Positions 16,848-26,797 of a stretch of DNA of 64,000 nucleotides are shown one piece after another. A program made the translations under genes and the position numbers. The stretch covers positions 478-64,477 of the forward strand of contig JBJDZN010000061.1 in the NCBI GenBank assembly GCA_051868045.1. The letters are read 5' to 3'. Each line of letters opens with the position of its first letter. The first letter of the stretch is position 1. The stretch is from Eubacteriales bacterium. GTDB taxonomy: Bacteria > Bacillota > Clostridia > Oscillospirales > CAG-272. The notes beneath the pieces were generated by a model. That model did not search any database. It was not told the DNA's origin and was given only the letters and a program-made list of their open reading frames with translations.

Positions 16848-17708
16848 ATGAAAATCAGAAGAATTTTGACAGGAATATTGGCAGGAATGCTGGTATCTGC
16901 CTCCATTGTCGGATGTGCAGGATCGGACAGCGACACCATCTCGGTTATTTCCAGAGAGAACGGATCGGGAACCAGAGGAGCATTTATTGAACTGTTCGGC
17001 ATCGAAGAGGCTGATGAGAACGGCGAGAAGGTAGACCGTACCACAACCGCTGCAGAGCAGACCCAGAGTACCGGCGTTATGCTGTCCACGGTAGCGGGCA
17101 ACAAGAATGCCATCGGTTATGTTTCGCTGGGATCGCTGGATGACAGCGTCAAGGCACTGGCTATCGACGGTACCGAGGCAACCGTTGACAACATCAAAAA
17201 CGGTTCTTACAAGATCGCCCGTCCCTTCAACATCGTAACCAAAGACGGTCTGTCTGATGTTGCACAAGACTTCATCGCCTACATTATGAGCGCAGACGGA
17301 CAGGCGGTTATTGAGGCAAACGGTTATGTATCTGAGGGCAACGCCGGTGCTTACTCCGCTTCCGGATTTACCGGCACGATTGTTGTTGCAGGTTCCTCTT
17401 CCGTAACCCCTGTTATGCAGAAGCTCAAGGAAGCTTATGTTGCGCTGAATCCCGATGTGACCATTGAGGTTCAGGAGAGCGACTCCACCACCGGCGTCAA
17501 CAGTACCATCGACGGAATCTGCGACATCGGCATGGCATCCCGTGATCTGAAGGACGCTGAGGTTGCTGCAGGTTTGAGTTCGACTAAGATCTGCATTGAC
17601 GGTGTAGCCGTTATCGTCAACAAGGAACTCACCGTTGACGGTCTGACTTCCGAGCAGGTCAAGAAAATCTTCACCGGAGAGATCACCAAGTGGTCTGAAA
17701 TCGGATGA
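16848..17708 (+). CDS. pstS: phosphate ABC transporter substrate-binding lipoprotein
   Basis: Lipobox (SASIVGC) and GSGTRGAFIELFGI, typical of the PstS family. Followed by pstCAB. Confidence 0.9.
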   Translation: MKIRRILTGILAGMLVSASIVGCAGSDSDTISVISRENGSGTRGAFIELFGIEEADENGEKVDRTTTAAEQTQSTGVMLSTVAGNKNAIGYVSLGSLDDSVKALAIDGTEATVDNIKNGSYKIARPFNIVTKDGLSDVAQDFIAYIMSADGQAVIEANGYVSEGNAGAYSASGFTGTIVVAGSSSVTPVMQKLKEAYVALNPDVTIEVQESDSTTGVNSTIDGICDIGMASRDLKDAEVAAGLSSTKICIDGVAVIVNKELTVDGLTSEQVKKIFTGEITKWSEIG

Positions 17709-18607
17709 AAAACAAGATCAAAGAACGCGTAATGCAGATCGTCTTTCTTGCCACCGCCCTTACTTCGGTATTGGCGGTGGGACTGATCTGCCTTTTCCTG
17801 TTTGGAAACGGACTCCCTACCATTGCTCAGATCGGACCTTTGAAGTTCCTTTTCGGAACGGTATGGCGTCCCGATAACGGAAGCTATGGTATTCTCCCTA
17901 TGATCATAGGATCCCTGTATGTCACGGCGGGCGCACTGATCGTGGGCGTTCCGATCGGACTGCTGTGCGCTGTCTTTATGGCAAGATTCTGCCCGAAAGG
18001 TCTGTACAAGATTATGAAGCCCGCCGTGTCGCTGCTGGCAGGGATTCCTTCCATTGTGTACGGCTTCTTCGGGCTGATGGTGTTGGTACCTTTCTTCAGT
18101 TCCACAACCGGAACGGGAGGAAAGGGCGTCCTGACGGCATCACTGGTGCTGGGAATCATGATTCTGCCCACCATTATTGAGGTCTGCGAATCGGCAATCC
18201 GTGCGCTGCCCGAAAGCTACTATGAGGGCGCACTGGCACTGGGCGCATCCCATGAGCGGGCGGTATTCTTTGTCCTGCTTCCGGCAGCAAAGTCGGGAAT
18301 TCTGGCAGGCATCATCCTCGGCGTGGGTCGTGCGATCGGTGAAACCATGGCAGTGGTCATGATTGCAGGTAACCAGCCGGTTATCCCCGAGGGACTGCTG
18401 ACCGGAGTTCTGACTATGACCGGACAGATCGTACTGGAGATGGGCTATGCTACCGGCTTCCACCGTGAGGCACTGATTGCCACCGGCGTGGTTTTGTTCG
18501 TCTTCATCCTGCTGATCAATCTGTCCTTCGCTGCCCTCAAACAGATCAGTGCCGGAGATGAAAACGCACCTAAGAAAAAGAAGAAGGGAAAGGTTGACCG
18601 TACATGA
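17705..18607 (+). CDS. pstC: phosphate ABC transporter permease PstC
   Basis: Six-TM permease with an EAA-type loop (YEGALALGASHERAVFFVLLPAAKSGI). Its start overlaps the pstS stop. Confidence 0.9.
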   Translation: MKNKIKERVMQIVFLATALTSVLAVGLICLFLFGNGLPTIAQIGPLKFLFGTVWRPDNGSYGILPMIIGSLYVTAGALIVGVPIGLLCAVFMARFCPKGLYKIMKPAVSLLAGIPSIVYGFFGLMVLVPFFSSTTGTGGKGVLTASLVLGIMILPTIIEVCESAIRALPESYYEGALALGASHERAVFFVLLPAAKSGILAGIILGVGRAIGETMAVVMIAGNQPVIPEGLLTGVLTMTGQIVLEMGYATGFHREALIATGVVLFVFILLINLSFAALKQISAGDENAPKKKKKGKVDRT

Positions 18608-19488
18608 ATCTGGTTTCTGCAAAAGAACACGAATATGTGATTACCCGGCAGGAAAAGCCTCAAAGAAAACATCGGGATCCCGTGTCGTTGATACTGCGGA
18701 TATTGGTGATTTTGTCCGCAGCACTGACCATGGGCGTCCTTCTTCTGCTGATCGGCTACATTCTGGTCATGGGCATTCCGAATCTCAAGCTTTCCCTCTT
18801 TGAGTGGAATTACACTTCTGATAATCTGTCCATGATGCCCGCCATCATCAATACCATCACCATGACCGTGCTGTCTCTGGTAATCGCATTGCCGCTGGGT
18901 CTCGGTGCAGCCATCTATCTGACCCAGTATGCGAAAAAGGGAAGTAAAGTGGTGAAGCTCATCTCTCTGACCACCGAGACTCTGGCGGGAATTCCCTCCA
19001 TTATCTTCGGTCTGTTCGGATTCCTCTTTTTCGTGGTGGCACTGCATTTCGGTTATTCCATGCTGTCGGGCGCACTGACGCTGGCAATGATGGTTCTGCC
19101 CACCATTATGCGGACCTCTCAGGAGGCTCTGCTGTCGGTTCCCGCCAGCTATACCGAGGGCTCCATGGCACTGGGTGCCGGCAGACTCCGCACGATTTTC
19201 AAGACGGTACTGCCTTCGGCGGTTCCCGGTATTCTGGCAGGCGTGATCCTGTCGGTGGGACGAATCGTCGGTGAGACGGCAGCTTTGATCTATACCTCGG
19301 GAACGGTTGAGGGAATTCCGAAAACCCTCATGGGATCGGGACGGACGCTGGCGATCCATATGTTTTCTCTCTGGAGAGAGGGACTGCACAAAGGCGAGGC
19401 ATATGCTACGGCAGTGGTTCTGCTGGTAGTGGTCTTTGTCCTCAACAGTCTGTCGGCATGGATTGCCCGTAAGATCAAGTCCAAATGA
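18604..19488 (+). CDS. pstA: phosphate ABC transporter permease PstA
   Basis: Permease with [28 protein letters not shown]. Overlaps the pstC stop by 4 nt. Confidence 0.9.
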   Translation: MNLVSAKEHEYVITRQEKPQRKHRDPVSLILRILVILSAALTMGVLLLLIGYILVMGIPNLKLSLFEWNYTSDNLSMMPAIINTITMTVLSLVIALPLGLGAAIYLTQYAKKGSKVVKLISLTTETLAGIPSIIFGLFGFLFFVVALHFGYSMLSGALTLAMMVLPTIMRTSQEALLSVPASYTEGSMALGAGRLRTIFKTVLPSAVPGILAGVILSVGRIVGETAALIYTSGTVEGIPKTLMGSGRTLAIHMFSLWREGLHKGEAYATAVVLLVVVFVLNSLSAWIARKIKSK

Positions 19489-20279
19489 TCGGCGAATGTG
19501 TAAAAAAGAATGGGAGCATAGGAATGCGAAACAATAAATTCACCATTGACAATCTGAAACTCTGGTACGGCGAGTTCAATGCCCTGAAGGGCATCAATAT
19601 GGAGATTGCCGAGAATGAGATAACCGCTTTTATCGGACCCTCCGGCTGCGGAAAGTCCACTCTGCTTAAGTGCCTGAACCGTATGAACGATCTGGTGGAG
19701 GGCTGTCGGATTGAAGGCAGCATTCTGCTGGACGGTCAGGACATCTATAAAAATTACGACGTGAATATGCTGCGCAAACGGGTGGGAATGGTGTTCCAGA
19801 AGCCCAATCCCTTCCCTATGAGCATTTACGACAACATCGCCTACGGTCCCCGTACCCACGGTATCCACTCAAAATCCAAGCTGGATGACATCGTGGAGAA
19901 ATCCCTTCGGGATGCCGCCATCTGGGACGAGGTCGGCGACCGACTGAAAAAGAGTGCACTGGGTCTTTCCGGCGGTCAGCAGCAGAGACTGTGCATTGCA
20001 AGAGCGTTGGCTGTCGAACCCGAGGTCCTTCTGATGGATGAACCCACCTCTGCGCTGGACCCTATTTCCACGGCAAAAATCGAGGAACTGGCTCTTGAAC
20101 TGAAAAAGAAGTACACCATCGTCATCGTAACCCACAATATGGGGCAGGCGACCCGTATTTCGGATAAAACCGGCTTCTTCCTGTTGGGAGAGGTTGTGGA
20201 GTTCGGCAAGACAGAGCAGATTTTCGGTGATCCTCATGATAAACGTACAGAAGACTATATTACCGGAAGATTCGGTTAA
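19485..20279 (+). CDS. pstB: phosphate ABC transporter ATP-binding protein
   Basis: Walker A (GPSGCGKST), signature (LSGGQQQRL) and Walker B ([11 protein letters not shown]). ATGA overlap with pstA; an alternative in-frame ATG lies at 19524. Confidence 0.93.
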   Translation: MIGECVKKNGSIGMRNNKFTIDNLKLWYGEFNALKGINMEIAENEITAFIGPSGCGKSTLLKCLNRMNDLVEGCRIEGSILLDGQDIYKNYDVNMLRKRVGMVFQKPNPFPMSIYDNIAYGPRTHGIHSKSKLDDIVEKSLRDAAIWDEVGDRLKKSALGLSGGQQQRLCIARALAVEPEVLLMDEPTSALDPISTAKIEELALELKKKYTIVIVTHNMGQATRISDKTGFFLLGEVVEFGKTEQIFGDPHDKRTEDYITGRFG

Positions 20280-20292
20280 GTTGGGGGTACCT

Positions 20293-20904
20293 ATGAGAAC
20301 AAGATTTGATGATCAACTGGATGAGCTTCACACAGAGGTCATTCACATGGGCAGTCTTTGCGAGGAAGCCATTGCATCCTCGGTGAAATGTTTCCTTGGA
20401 GAGGGAGACACAAAGGAATTATTCGAGCATACGCTGGATGTAGACAGTCAGATTGATCAGGCTGAGGCAACCATCAAGGCGATGTGTATGCGTCTGCTTC
20501 TGACTCAACAGCCGGTGGCAGGCGATCTGAGAACGGTGACTGCCGTGCTGAAGGTAATTTCGGATATGGAGCGCATCGGCGATCAGTCCTCCGATATTGC
20601 CGAGCTGAGCAAGTATGTCACCGACCGATCGGCGTTGCAGAAGGTGCATATCCGCAACATGACGGTGTCGGTTATCGGCATGGTCAACGACAGTATTGAT
20701 GCCTTTGTGCAGAAGAACGCCGAGCTGGCGGCGGACGTGATTGCCAGAGACGATATTGTGGACGCTCTCTTCGACAAGGTCAAGACCGAACTTGTGGAGC
20801 TGATCGGAAGCGGAGTCGGCGGGGAATGTCTGGATCTTCTGATGATCGCCAAATATCTGGAGCGTATCGGAGATCATGCCACCAATATCGCCGAACTGGT
20901 TTGA
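20293..20904 (+). CDS. phoU: phosphate signalling regulator PhoU
   Basis: FDDQLDELHTEVIHMG and two ERIGD(Q/H) repeats. Trimmed to ATG 20293 because the track start overlaps pstB. Confidence 0.9.
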   Translation: MRTRFDDQLDELHTEVIHMGSLCEEAIASSVKCFLGEGDTKELFEHTLDVDSQIDQAEATIKAMCMRLLLTQQPVAGDLRTVTAVLKVISDMERIGDQSSDIAELSKYVTDRSALQKVHIRNMTVSVIGMVNDSIDAFVQKNAELAADVIARDDIVDALFDKVKTELVELIGSGVGGECLDLLMIAKYLERIGDHATNIAELV

Positions 20905-20918
20905 AAGGAACGGATAGT

Positions 20919-21008
20919 ATGGATATTCTCACCGGAGTTCTGTTTTTCGGCGAACTGGCTCTGACCGCATTAGCTGGCGTGTTGGTGCTGAGATACAAGA
21001 ACCGATAA
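20919..21008 (+). CDS. candidate 29-aa transmembrane micro-protein at the end of the pst-phoU operon
   Basis: MDILTGVLFFGELALTALAGVLVLRYKNR. AAGGAA lies 8 nt upstream. It starts 14 nt after the phoU stop, and the operon terminator follows it. No homology support. Confidence 0.35.
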   Translation: MDILTGVLFFGELALTALAGVLVLRYKNR

Positions 21009-21020
21009 ACGCATTGTTAT

Positions 21021-21054
21021 GGCGTGCCGCAGGGAAGGCGGCACGCTGTTTTTG
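21021..21054 (+). terminator. rho-independent terminator of the pst operon
   Basis: Stem gcgtgccgc / gcggcacgc, then tgttttt. Confidence 0.85.
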
Positions 21055-21261
21055 GTTTTGCAGGATTTTAAGGTGGAAATGACGGAAACGGGCATGGAAG
21101 AACCGCTTTCCCCTGATGTGACAAAAAATCTTTGAATTATTTGTGAATCTTCGCTTTTGTGTCTTTACAAAATGGGGAAAATGATGTAAAATAAAGGACG
21201 GGGAGTCCCCGGAAATCGGGAATTTCCAATGACAATAAATTTTCAACTCGGAGAATGAACA

Positions 21262-21999
21262 ATGGGTAAACGAATTCTTCTGAAAATATCCGGTGAGGCA
21301 CTGTCCAAGGGATCGGACGGAACCTTTAATTTTGATAAGGTGCGGGAAATTTCCAAGGTTCTGAAGGAATGCAGGGATCTGGGCTACCAGATCTCACTGG
21401 TCTGCGGTGCCGGAAATATCTGGCGGGGCAGACAGGCTGAGAAAAAGATGGATCGCATCCGTGCCGATCACATGGGAATGCTGGCAACCCTGATCAACGC
21501 CCTGTGCCTGCGGGATTTTCTTGAACAGGAGGGCGCACCGGCAGTGGTGCTGTCCGCTATCGCCATGGAGCCCGAATTCGTGGAGGCATATACCAAGGAG
21601 AAGGCAGTTCGCTATCTGGAAGAGGGCAAGATCGTGATTTTCGGCGGCGGCTCCTCCAACCCCTGCTTCTCCACCGACACGGCAGCCGTTCTGCGTGCCG
21701 CTGAGATCGAAGCAGACATGATCCTTTTCGCTAAGGCAATCGACCATATCTATAATCGGGATCCCAACGATAAAACCAGCACCGAACCCCTTTATAAGTA
21801 CGAGTATCTGTCCTATCAGGAGATTCTTGAGAAGGGACTGACTGCAATCGACATCACTGCCACTGCCTTCGCACTGGCAAACAACCTGACCATCAACGTC
21901 TTCGGTATGAACGATCCCCAAAGCATCAGACGGGCAATGGCGGGTGAGGTCCGCGGAACCATCGTCCACGGCGGCGAGAGCAAGATCGTCGAGGAATGA
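21262..21999 (+). CDS. pyrH: UMP kinase
   Basis: RILLKISGEAL and VCGAGNIWRG motifs; 245 aa. Confidence 0.95.
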   Translation: MGKRILLKISGEALSKGSDGTFNFDKVREISKVLKECRDLGYQISLVCGAGNIWRGRQAEKKMDRIRADHMGMLATLINALCLRDFLEQEGAPAVVLSAIAMEPEFVEAYTKEKAVRYLEEGKIVIFGGGSSNPCFSTDTAAVLRAAEIEADMILFAKAIDHIYNRDPNDKTSTEPLYKYEYLSYQEILEKGLTAIDITATAFALANNLTINVFGMNDPQSIRRAMAGEVRGTIVHGGESKIVEE

Positions 22000-22166
22000 A
22001 TTATCTGTCGTTCTATCGTTGACGGCGGGAGAAGGATTGGCGCAAATAAGGATATTCCGGCAGATTTTCGCCGAATAAAGCCCCCTGTGTGGGGAATATA
22101 CTGACATAAAACCATAAATTAGCAAAGCAGGGCTTGCTTTGCAGGAAGAAAGGACTGGACAAAGAC

Positions 22167-22721
22167 ATGAAACTGGATACCAAAGCATATGAAGAAAAGA
22201 TGAAGAAATCCATCGCAAACTACGAAACCAACCTGTCGACCATTCGTGCGGGAAAGGCAAATGCCGCAGTATTGGACCGTGTGACCGTGGATTATTACGG
22301 GTCCCCCACCCGTATCAAGGATATTTCTCAGATCAAGACCGCCGATGCCCGTACATTGGTGATCACCCCTTGGGACAAATCCACTTTGAAGGCAATTGAG
22401 AAGGCGATCATCGCCTCCGATGTGGGCATTACGCCTGCCAACGACGGTTCGGTGATTCGTCTGGTGTTCCCTCAGCTGACCGAGGAACGCCGTAAGGAAC
22501 TGGCAAAGCAGATTTCCAAGATGGGCGATGAAGTGAAGGTTGCCATCCGCAACATCCGCCGTGAGGCAAACGACAAGTCCAAGGACATGAAGAAGAACAG
22601 CGAAATGACCGAGGATGAGCAGAAGGCATCCGACAAGTCGGTACAGGATCTGACCGATAAGTATATCAAGCAGGTGGACGCTGTCACCGACAAGAAAAAG
22701 GAAGAGATCATGTCGCTCTGA
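22167..22721 (+). CDS. frr: ribosome recycling factor
   Basis: LSTIRAGKANAAVLDRVTVDYYG and VIRLVFPQLTEERRKEL. Trimmed to ATG 22167 by comparison with typical RRF N-termini. Confidence 0.93.
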   Translation: MKLDTKAYEEKMKKSIANYETNLSTIRAGKANAAVLDRVTVDYYGSPTRIKDISQIKTADARTLVITPWDKSTLKAIEKAIIASDVGITPANDGSVIRLVFPQLTEERRKELAKQISKMGDEVKVAIRNIRREANDKSKDMKKNSEMTEDEQKASDKSVQDLTDKYIKQVDAVTDKKKEEIMSL

Positions 22722-22797
22722 TAGGGGCGTGATCATTCGGGCAACTCCGGTTGCCCGATCTCTTTAAAATCGCAAAGGCAAAGGAAGTGAGCGCATT

Positions 22798-23517
22798 ATG
22801 GTCAAAAAGCAGGATCAGGTGGTCTGCGACGATCGGCTGAAGCACATTGCCTTTATCATGGACGGCAACGGCAGATGGGCGAAGGCAAGAGCCCTGCCCC
22901 GCAGTGCGGGACATCGGGCAGGAGCCAAGGTTTTTCGCCGGATTGTGGACTATATGAAGGTAGTCGGGGCAAAATATATGACGGTCTATGCTTTCTCCAC
23001 CGAGAACTGGTCACGTCCCAAGGATGAAGTGGATGCCATCATGAAACTTCTGGACGACTATATCGAGGATGCCCTTGCCGATGTTGCGAAAAACGACGTC
23101 CGTGTGATTTTCATCGGGGATAAATCGCCTTTTACCGACTCTTTAAAGGCGAAGATGACCCATCTGGAGGAGATTTCCAAGGAAAATCACCTGATTCTCA
23201 ATATTGCCATGAACTACGGCGCAAGATCGGAGATCGTTCATGCGGTGAACGAGGCAATCGCCGAGGGCGATCTGCCCATCACCGAGGAGGTTATCGAGCG
23301 GCATCTGTATACGAAGGAGTCTCCCCCTCCGGATCTGATCGTGCGGACGGCAGGCGAGCTTCGGCTGTCCAATTTTCTTCTCTGGCAGGCGGCATACAGC
23401 GAGTTTTATTTTACCGACATTCTCTGGCCCGACCTGAAGGAATCGGATGTGGACGATGCCATCCGTGCCTTTTATCAGCGAAAACGCCGCTTCGGCGGGA
23501 CGGAAGTCAAGGCTTGA
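22798..23517 (+). CDS. uppS: isoprenyl transferase (undecaprenyl diphosphate synthase)
   Basis: HIAFIMDGNGRWA, FSTENWSRP and RLSNFLLWQAAYSEFYF motifs. Confidence 0.95.
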   Translation: MVKKQDQVVCDDRLKHIAFIMDGNGRWAKARALPRSAGHRAGAKVFRRIVDYMKVVGAKYMTVYAFSTENWSRPKDEVDAIMKLLDDYIEDALADVAKNDVRVIFIGDKSPFTDSLKAKMTHLEEISKENHLILNIAMNYGARSEIVHAVNEAIAEGDLPITEEVIERHLYTKESPPPDLIVRTAGELRLSNFLLWQAAYSEFYFTDILWPDLKESDVDDAIRAFYQRKRRFGGTEVKA

Positions 23518-23570
23518 CGCACTCCCGCTGTGCGTCTTCCGGAAACTCAAATAAAGGATGGACATAAGTT

Positions 23571-24407
23571 ATGAAAACCAGAGTGATTACGGGGATTGTG
23601 GCACTCGTTCTGTTTCTGCCCTTCGCTATTTTTTCATGGACACCGGCACTTGTGGTGTTTACGGTGATCGCAACCGTGATTTCGATCTTTGAAATGTGCG
23701 GATGTATGCGGCAGAGGAAGAGCTGTCCGATTGTTTTTGTGCTTTCTGAGGTATATGGCATACTTTGCGCCCTCTCCACCCGCCTGTCCTCGGAATTTGC
23801 CGTGACCTTTCTCTCCCTGACGGCGGTTTATGCGGTGCTGATCATGGGCTATGCCATGTTTTCCAAGGGGAAATACACCTTTGATCAGGCAGTGGAGATC
23901 CTTTTCGGTATTGTTTATGTGACCTTCGGTTACTGCTCCATCGTGCTGGTCAGAGACCTGCCCTACGGGGAATACGTGTTCTGGCTGATCTTCCTTGCGG
24001 CATGGCTGTCCGATACCGGGGCCTACTTTGCGGGTATGACACTTGGCAAGCACAAACTGATTCCCGACATCTCTCCAAAAAAGACGGTGGAAGGATTTGT
24101 GGGCGGAATTCTGTCCTGCATTCTGATCTTCCTTCTGTACGGCTGGATGATCTCCCTGTTCACCGAGCATACGGCAAACTATCTTGCCCTCATTGTGGCA
24201 GGACTGCTGCTCAGTCTGGTATCGGTCTTCGGCGATCTGCTGGCATCCTACATTAAACGCCGCCATAAGGTCAAGGATTACGGTGCGATTCTGCCCGGAC
24301 ACGGAGGATTTCTGGACCGTTTCGACAGCGTTCTGGCAGTCTCCATTCTGCTGTACATATTCTGTAAAAATGCCACCTTTATGCCTCTTTTCGGTCCAAT
24401 TGTGTGA
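23571..24407 (+). CDS. cdsA: phosphatidate cytidylyltransferase
   Basis: Polytopic protein with SDTGAYFAG, KKTVEGF and SYIKRRHKVKDYG..LPGHGGFLDRFDS signatures. Confidence 0.9.
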   Translation: MKTRVITGIVALVLFLPFAIFSWTPALVVFTVIATVISIFEMCGCMRQRKSCPIVFVLSEVYGILCALSTRLSSEFAVTFLSLTAVYAVLIMGYAMFSKGKYTFDQAVEILFGIVYVTFGYCSIVLVRDLPYGEYVFWLIFLAAWLSDTGAYFAGMTLGKHKLIPDISPKKTVEGFVGGILSCILIFLLYGWMISLFTEHTANYLALIVAGLLLSLVSVFGDLLASYIKRRHKVKDYGAILPGHGGFLDRFDSVLAVSILLYIFCKNATFMPLFGPIV

Positions 24408-24423
24408 GTGTGAATAAAATCCC

Positions 24424-25599
24424 ATGAAAACCATCAAAAATATACAGGATAAGGTGCTGACCGTCCTCGGCTCCACCGGCTCCATCGGAACCCAAACCCT
24501 TGACGTGGCAGAGACTCACGGTATTCCCGTGGAAGCCCTGTCTGCAAGGGAGAACGATGCCCTTCTTGCCGATCAGATCCGGAAATTCCGCCCGAAATAC
24601 GCCGCAATGACCGATCCCGATGCCGCAAAGCGGCTGAAGGAACGGCTGTCGGATACCGACGTGCGGCTGTTCGTCGGTATGGACGGACTGCTGGAAATGC
24701 TGACCCATCTGTCAGGGGACACGGTTCTCAATGCCATCATCGGCGGAGACGGACTGATGCCCACCGTGACGGCAATTGAGCAGGGCAAGAACATTGCCCT
24801 TGCCAATAAGGAAACCCTGGTGACGGCAGGACAGTATGTGATGAATCTGGTAAAGGAGAAGGGCGTGAGTCTGATGCCGGTGGATTCGGAGCATTGCGCC
24901 ATCTTCCAATGCCTGCAGGCAGGCAGAGGGGAAGAGGTCAGACGGCTGATTCTCACCGCATCCGGCGGTCCCTTTTTCGGGAAAAAGCGGGATGAGCTGA
25001 AAAACATCACCCCCGAGCAGGCACTGAACCATCCCACCTGGCACATGGGACGCAAGATCACCATCGACAGTGCCACCCTCATGAACAAGTGCTTTGAGAT
25101 GATCGAGGCGGCGTTCCTCTTCGGAGTGCCGGCAGATCAGATTGATGTGGTGGTTCACCGGCAGTCGGTTGTTCACTCCATGGTGGAGTTCACCGACGGT
25201 GCCGTTATTGCCCAGCTTGCCACCCCCGATATGCGCATGTGCATTCAGTATGCCGTGTCCTATCCCTTCAGACTCCCCGGCAAGGTGAAGCCCATGGACT
25301 TTACGACTCCCTTCGGGCTGACCTTTGATCCCCCCGATCCCGTTACCTTCAAGCCGCTGGCACTGGCAAAGTTCGTGCTGAATCAGGGCGGCGTGCTTCC
25401 GGCGGTGCTGAACGGAGTCAACGACGAGGCGGTAAAGCTGTTTTTGGAGAAAAAGATCGGTTTCCTTGACATCGGCGACCTTGCGGACGAAATTGTCCGC
25501 AGTTATAAGAATATGGACTCCCCGACGCCGGAGCAGATTTTGCAGGCAGAGCGGGAGGCAGGGCAGAGAGTTCGGCTGATGGCAGGGGTCGGAGAATAA
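24424..25599 (+). CDS. dxr: 1-deoxy-D-xylulose 5-phosphate reductoisomerase
   Basis: LGSTGSIGTQTLDV, LANKETLV, PVDSEHCAIFQC and HPTWHMGRKITIDSATLMNK motifs. Confidence 0.95.
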   Translation: MKTIKNIQDKVLTVLGSTGSIGTQTLDVAETHGIPVEALSARENDALLADQIRKFRPKYAAMTDPDAAKRLKERLSDTDVRLFVGMDGLLEMLTHLSGDTVLNAIIGGDGLMPTVTAIEQGKNIALANKETLVTAGQYVMNLVKEKGVSLMPVDSEHCAIFQCLQAGRGEEVRRLILTASGGPFFGKKRDELKNITPEQALNHPTWHMGRKITIDSATLMNKCFEMIEAAFLFGVPADQIDVVVHRQSVVHSMVEFTDGAVIAQLATPDMRMCIQYAVSYPFRLPGKVKPMDFTTPFGLTFDPPDPVTFKPLALAKFVLNQGGVLPAVLNGVNDEAVKLFLEKKIGFLDIGDLADEIVRSYKNMDSPTPEQILQAEREAGQRVRLMAGVGE

Positions 25600-25650
25600 G
25601 ATCTTTCCCCACCGAGCCTGCGATTATCTATCTGAAATGAGGTTGTTTTT

Positions 25651-26694
25651 TTGAATATCGTTTTGACTATCCTGCTTGCCGTTTTGGTGTTTGGCGGACT
25701 GATTCTGGTGCATGAGCTGGGTCACTATACCTTTGCACGGATTTTTGACGTTCATATTTTTGAGTTTTCCATCGGTATGGGTCCTAAAATTCTGCAAAAA
25801 ACCTCCAAAAAGACGGGGATTGCCTACTCCCTGCGTCTGCTTCCCATCGGCGGATTCGTCTCGATGGCAGGAGAGGACGAGGAGACCGACGATCCCAGAG
25901 CCCTGAACAAGAAGCCGGTCTGGCAGAGAATCATCATCATTGCCGCAGGCGGCGTGGTCAATATTCTGATCGGTTTCATCCTGACCTTTATCATGGTTGC
26001 CTGCATGCAGGGGCTGGGCAGCACCGTTATCGCCGACTTCAGCGAAGGCTCCACCTCTTCTGCCTATCTTCAGGAGGGGGATAAGATCGTTGCCATCGAA
26101 GGGCATCGGGTAGGAACCCACATGGATGTGGCATACGAGATCATGCGGCTCGGCATCGACCCCCTGTCTGTGACGGTGGTGCGGGACGGCGAGAAGATGA
26201 CCGTCGAGAACGTGGTTTTCCCCACTGAGACCAGCGACGGCGTCCGTTTCGGAAGCATGGACTTTCGGGTGTATGCGGTGGAAAAGAACGTGGGAACCGT
26301 GCTGACCCAGTCGTTGTCCTACTGTCGGCTGTCGGTGAAGCAGGTCTGGGAAAGTCTGTACGACCTGATCCGGGGCAGATACAGCGTCAAGACGGTGTCC
26401 GGTCCCGTAGGTGTCACCTCCGAAATCGGGCAGGCGGCAAAGATCAGCATCGAAAATAAGGATGCCACCTCTTTTTTGTATATCGTCATTCTGATTGCCG
26501 TCAATCTGGGACTGGTCAATCTGCTCCCCCTGCCTGCGCTGGACGGCGGCAGACTGTTCTTCATGTTCATTGAACTGATCTTCAGAAAGAAGGTCCCCAC
26601 CGAGATTGAGGGGAAGATTCATTTTGCCGGCATTATGGTGCTCTTCCTTCTGATGATCGTCATCACCTTCAAGGATATTTTTTCGCTGTTCTGA
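25651..26694 (+). CDS. rseP: RIP metalloprotease RseP/RasP (site-2 protease)
   Basis: HELGHY zinc motif in TM1, a central PDZ-like segment and C-terminal NLLPLPALDGG. Confidence 0.9.
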   Translation: MNIVLTILLAVLVFGGLILVHELGHYTFARIFDVHIFEFSIGMGPKILQKTSKKTGIAYSLRLLPIGGFVSMAGEDEETDDPRALNKKPVWQRIIIIAAGGVVNILIGFILTFIMVACMQGLGSTVIADFSEGSTSSAYLQEGDKIVAIEGHRVGTHMDVAYEIMRLGIDPLSVTVVRDGEKMTVENVVFPTETSDGVRFGSMDFRVYAVEKNVGTVLTQSLSYCRLSVKQVWESLYDLIRGRYSVKTVSGPVGVTSEIGQAAKISIENKDATSFLYIVILIAVNLGLVNLLPLPALDGGRLFFMFIELIFRKKVPTEIEGKIHFAGIMVLFLLMIVITFKDIFSLF

Positions 26695-26797
26695 AGCCTG
26701 ATGAAACCGAATTTGCCCTTGTTCTCTTTGTGATCCCCATTCCGGCAAAGCAGGAATCGGCAAAACCTCAAGTATGCGAAATGGAAGGCTAAAACCT

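Noticed and set aside
20826-21008. A 60-aa track ORF overlapping the 3' end of phoU.
   Set aside because: The first 31 codons overlap phoU in another frame. Only the terminal 29-codon part, which has its own RBS, is kept as a low-confidence micro-ORF.
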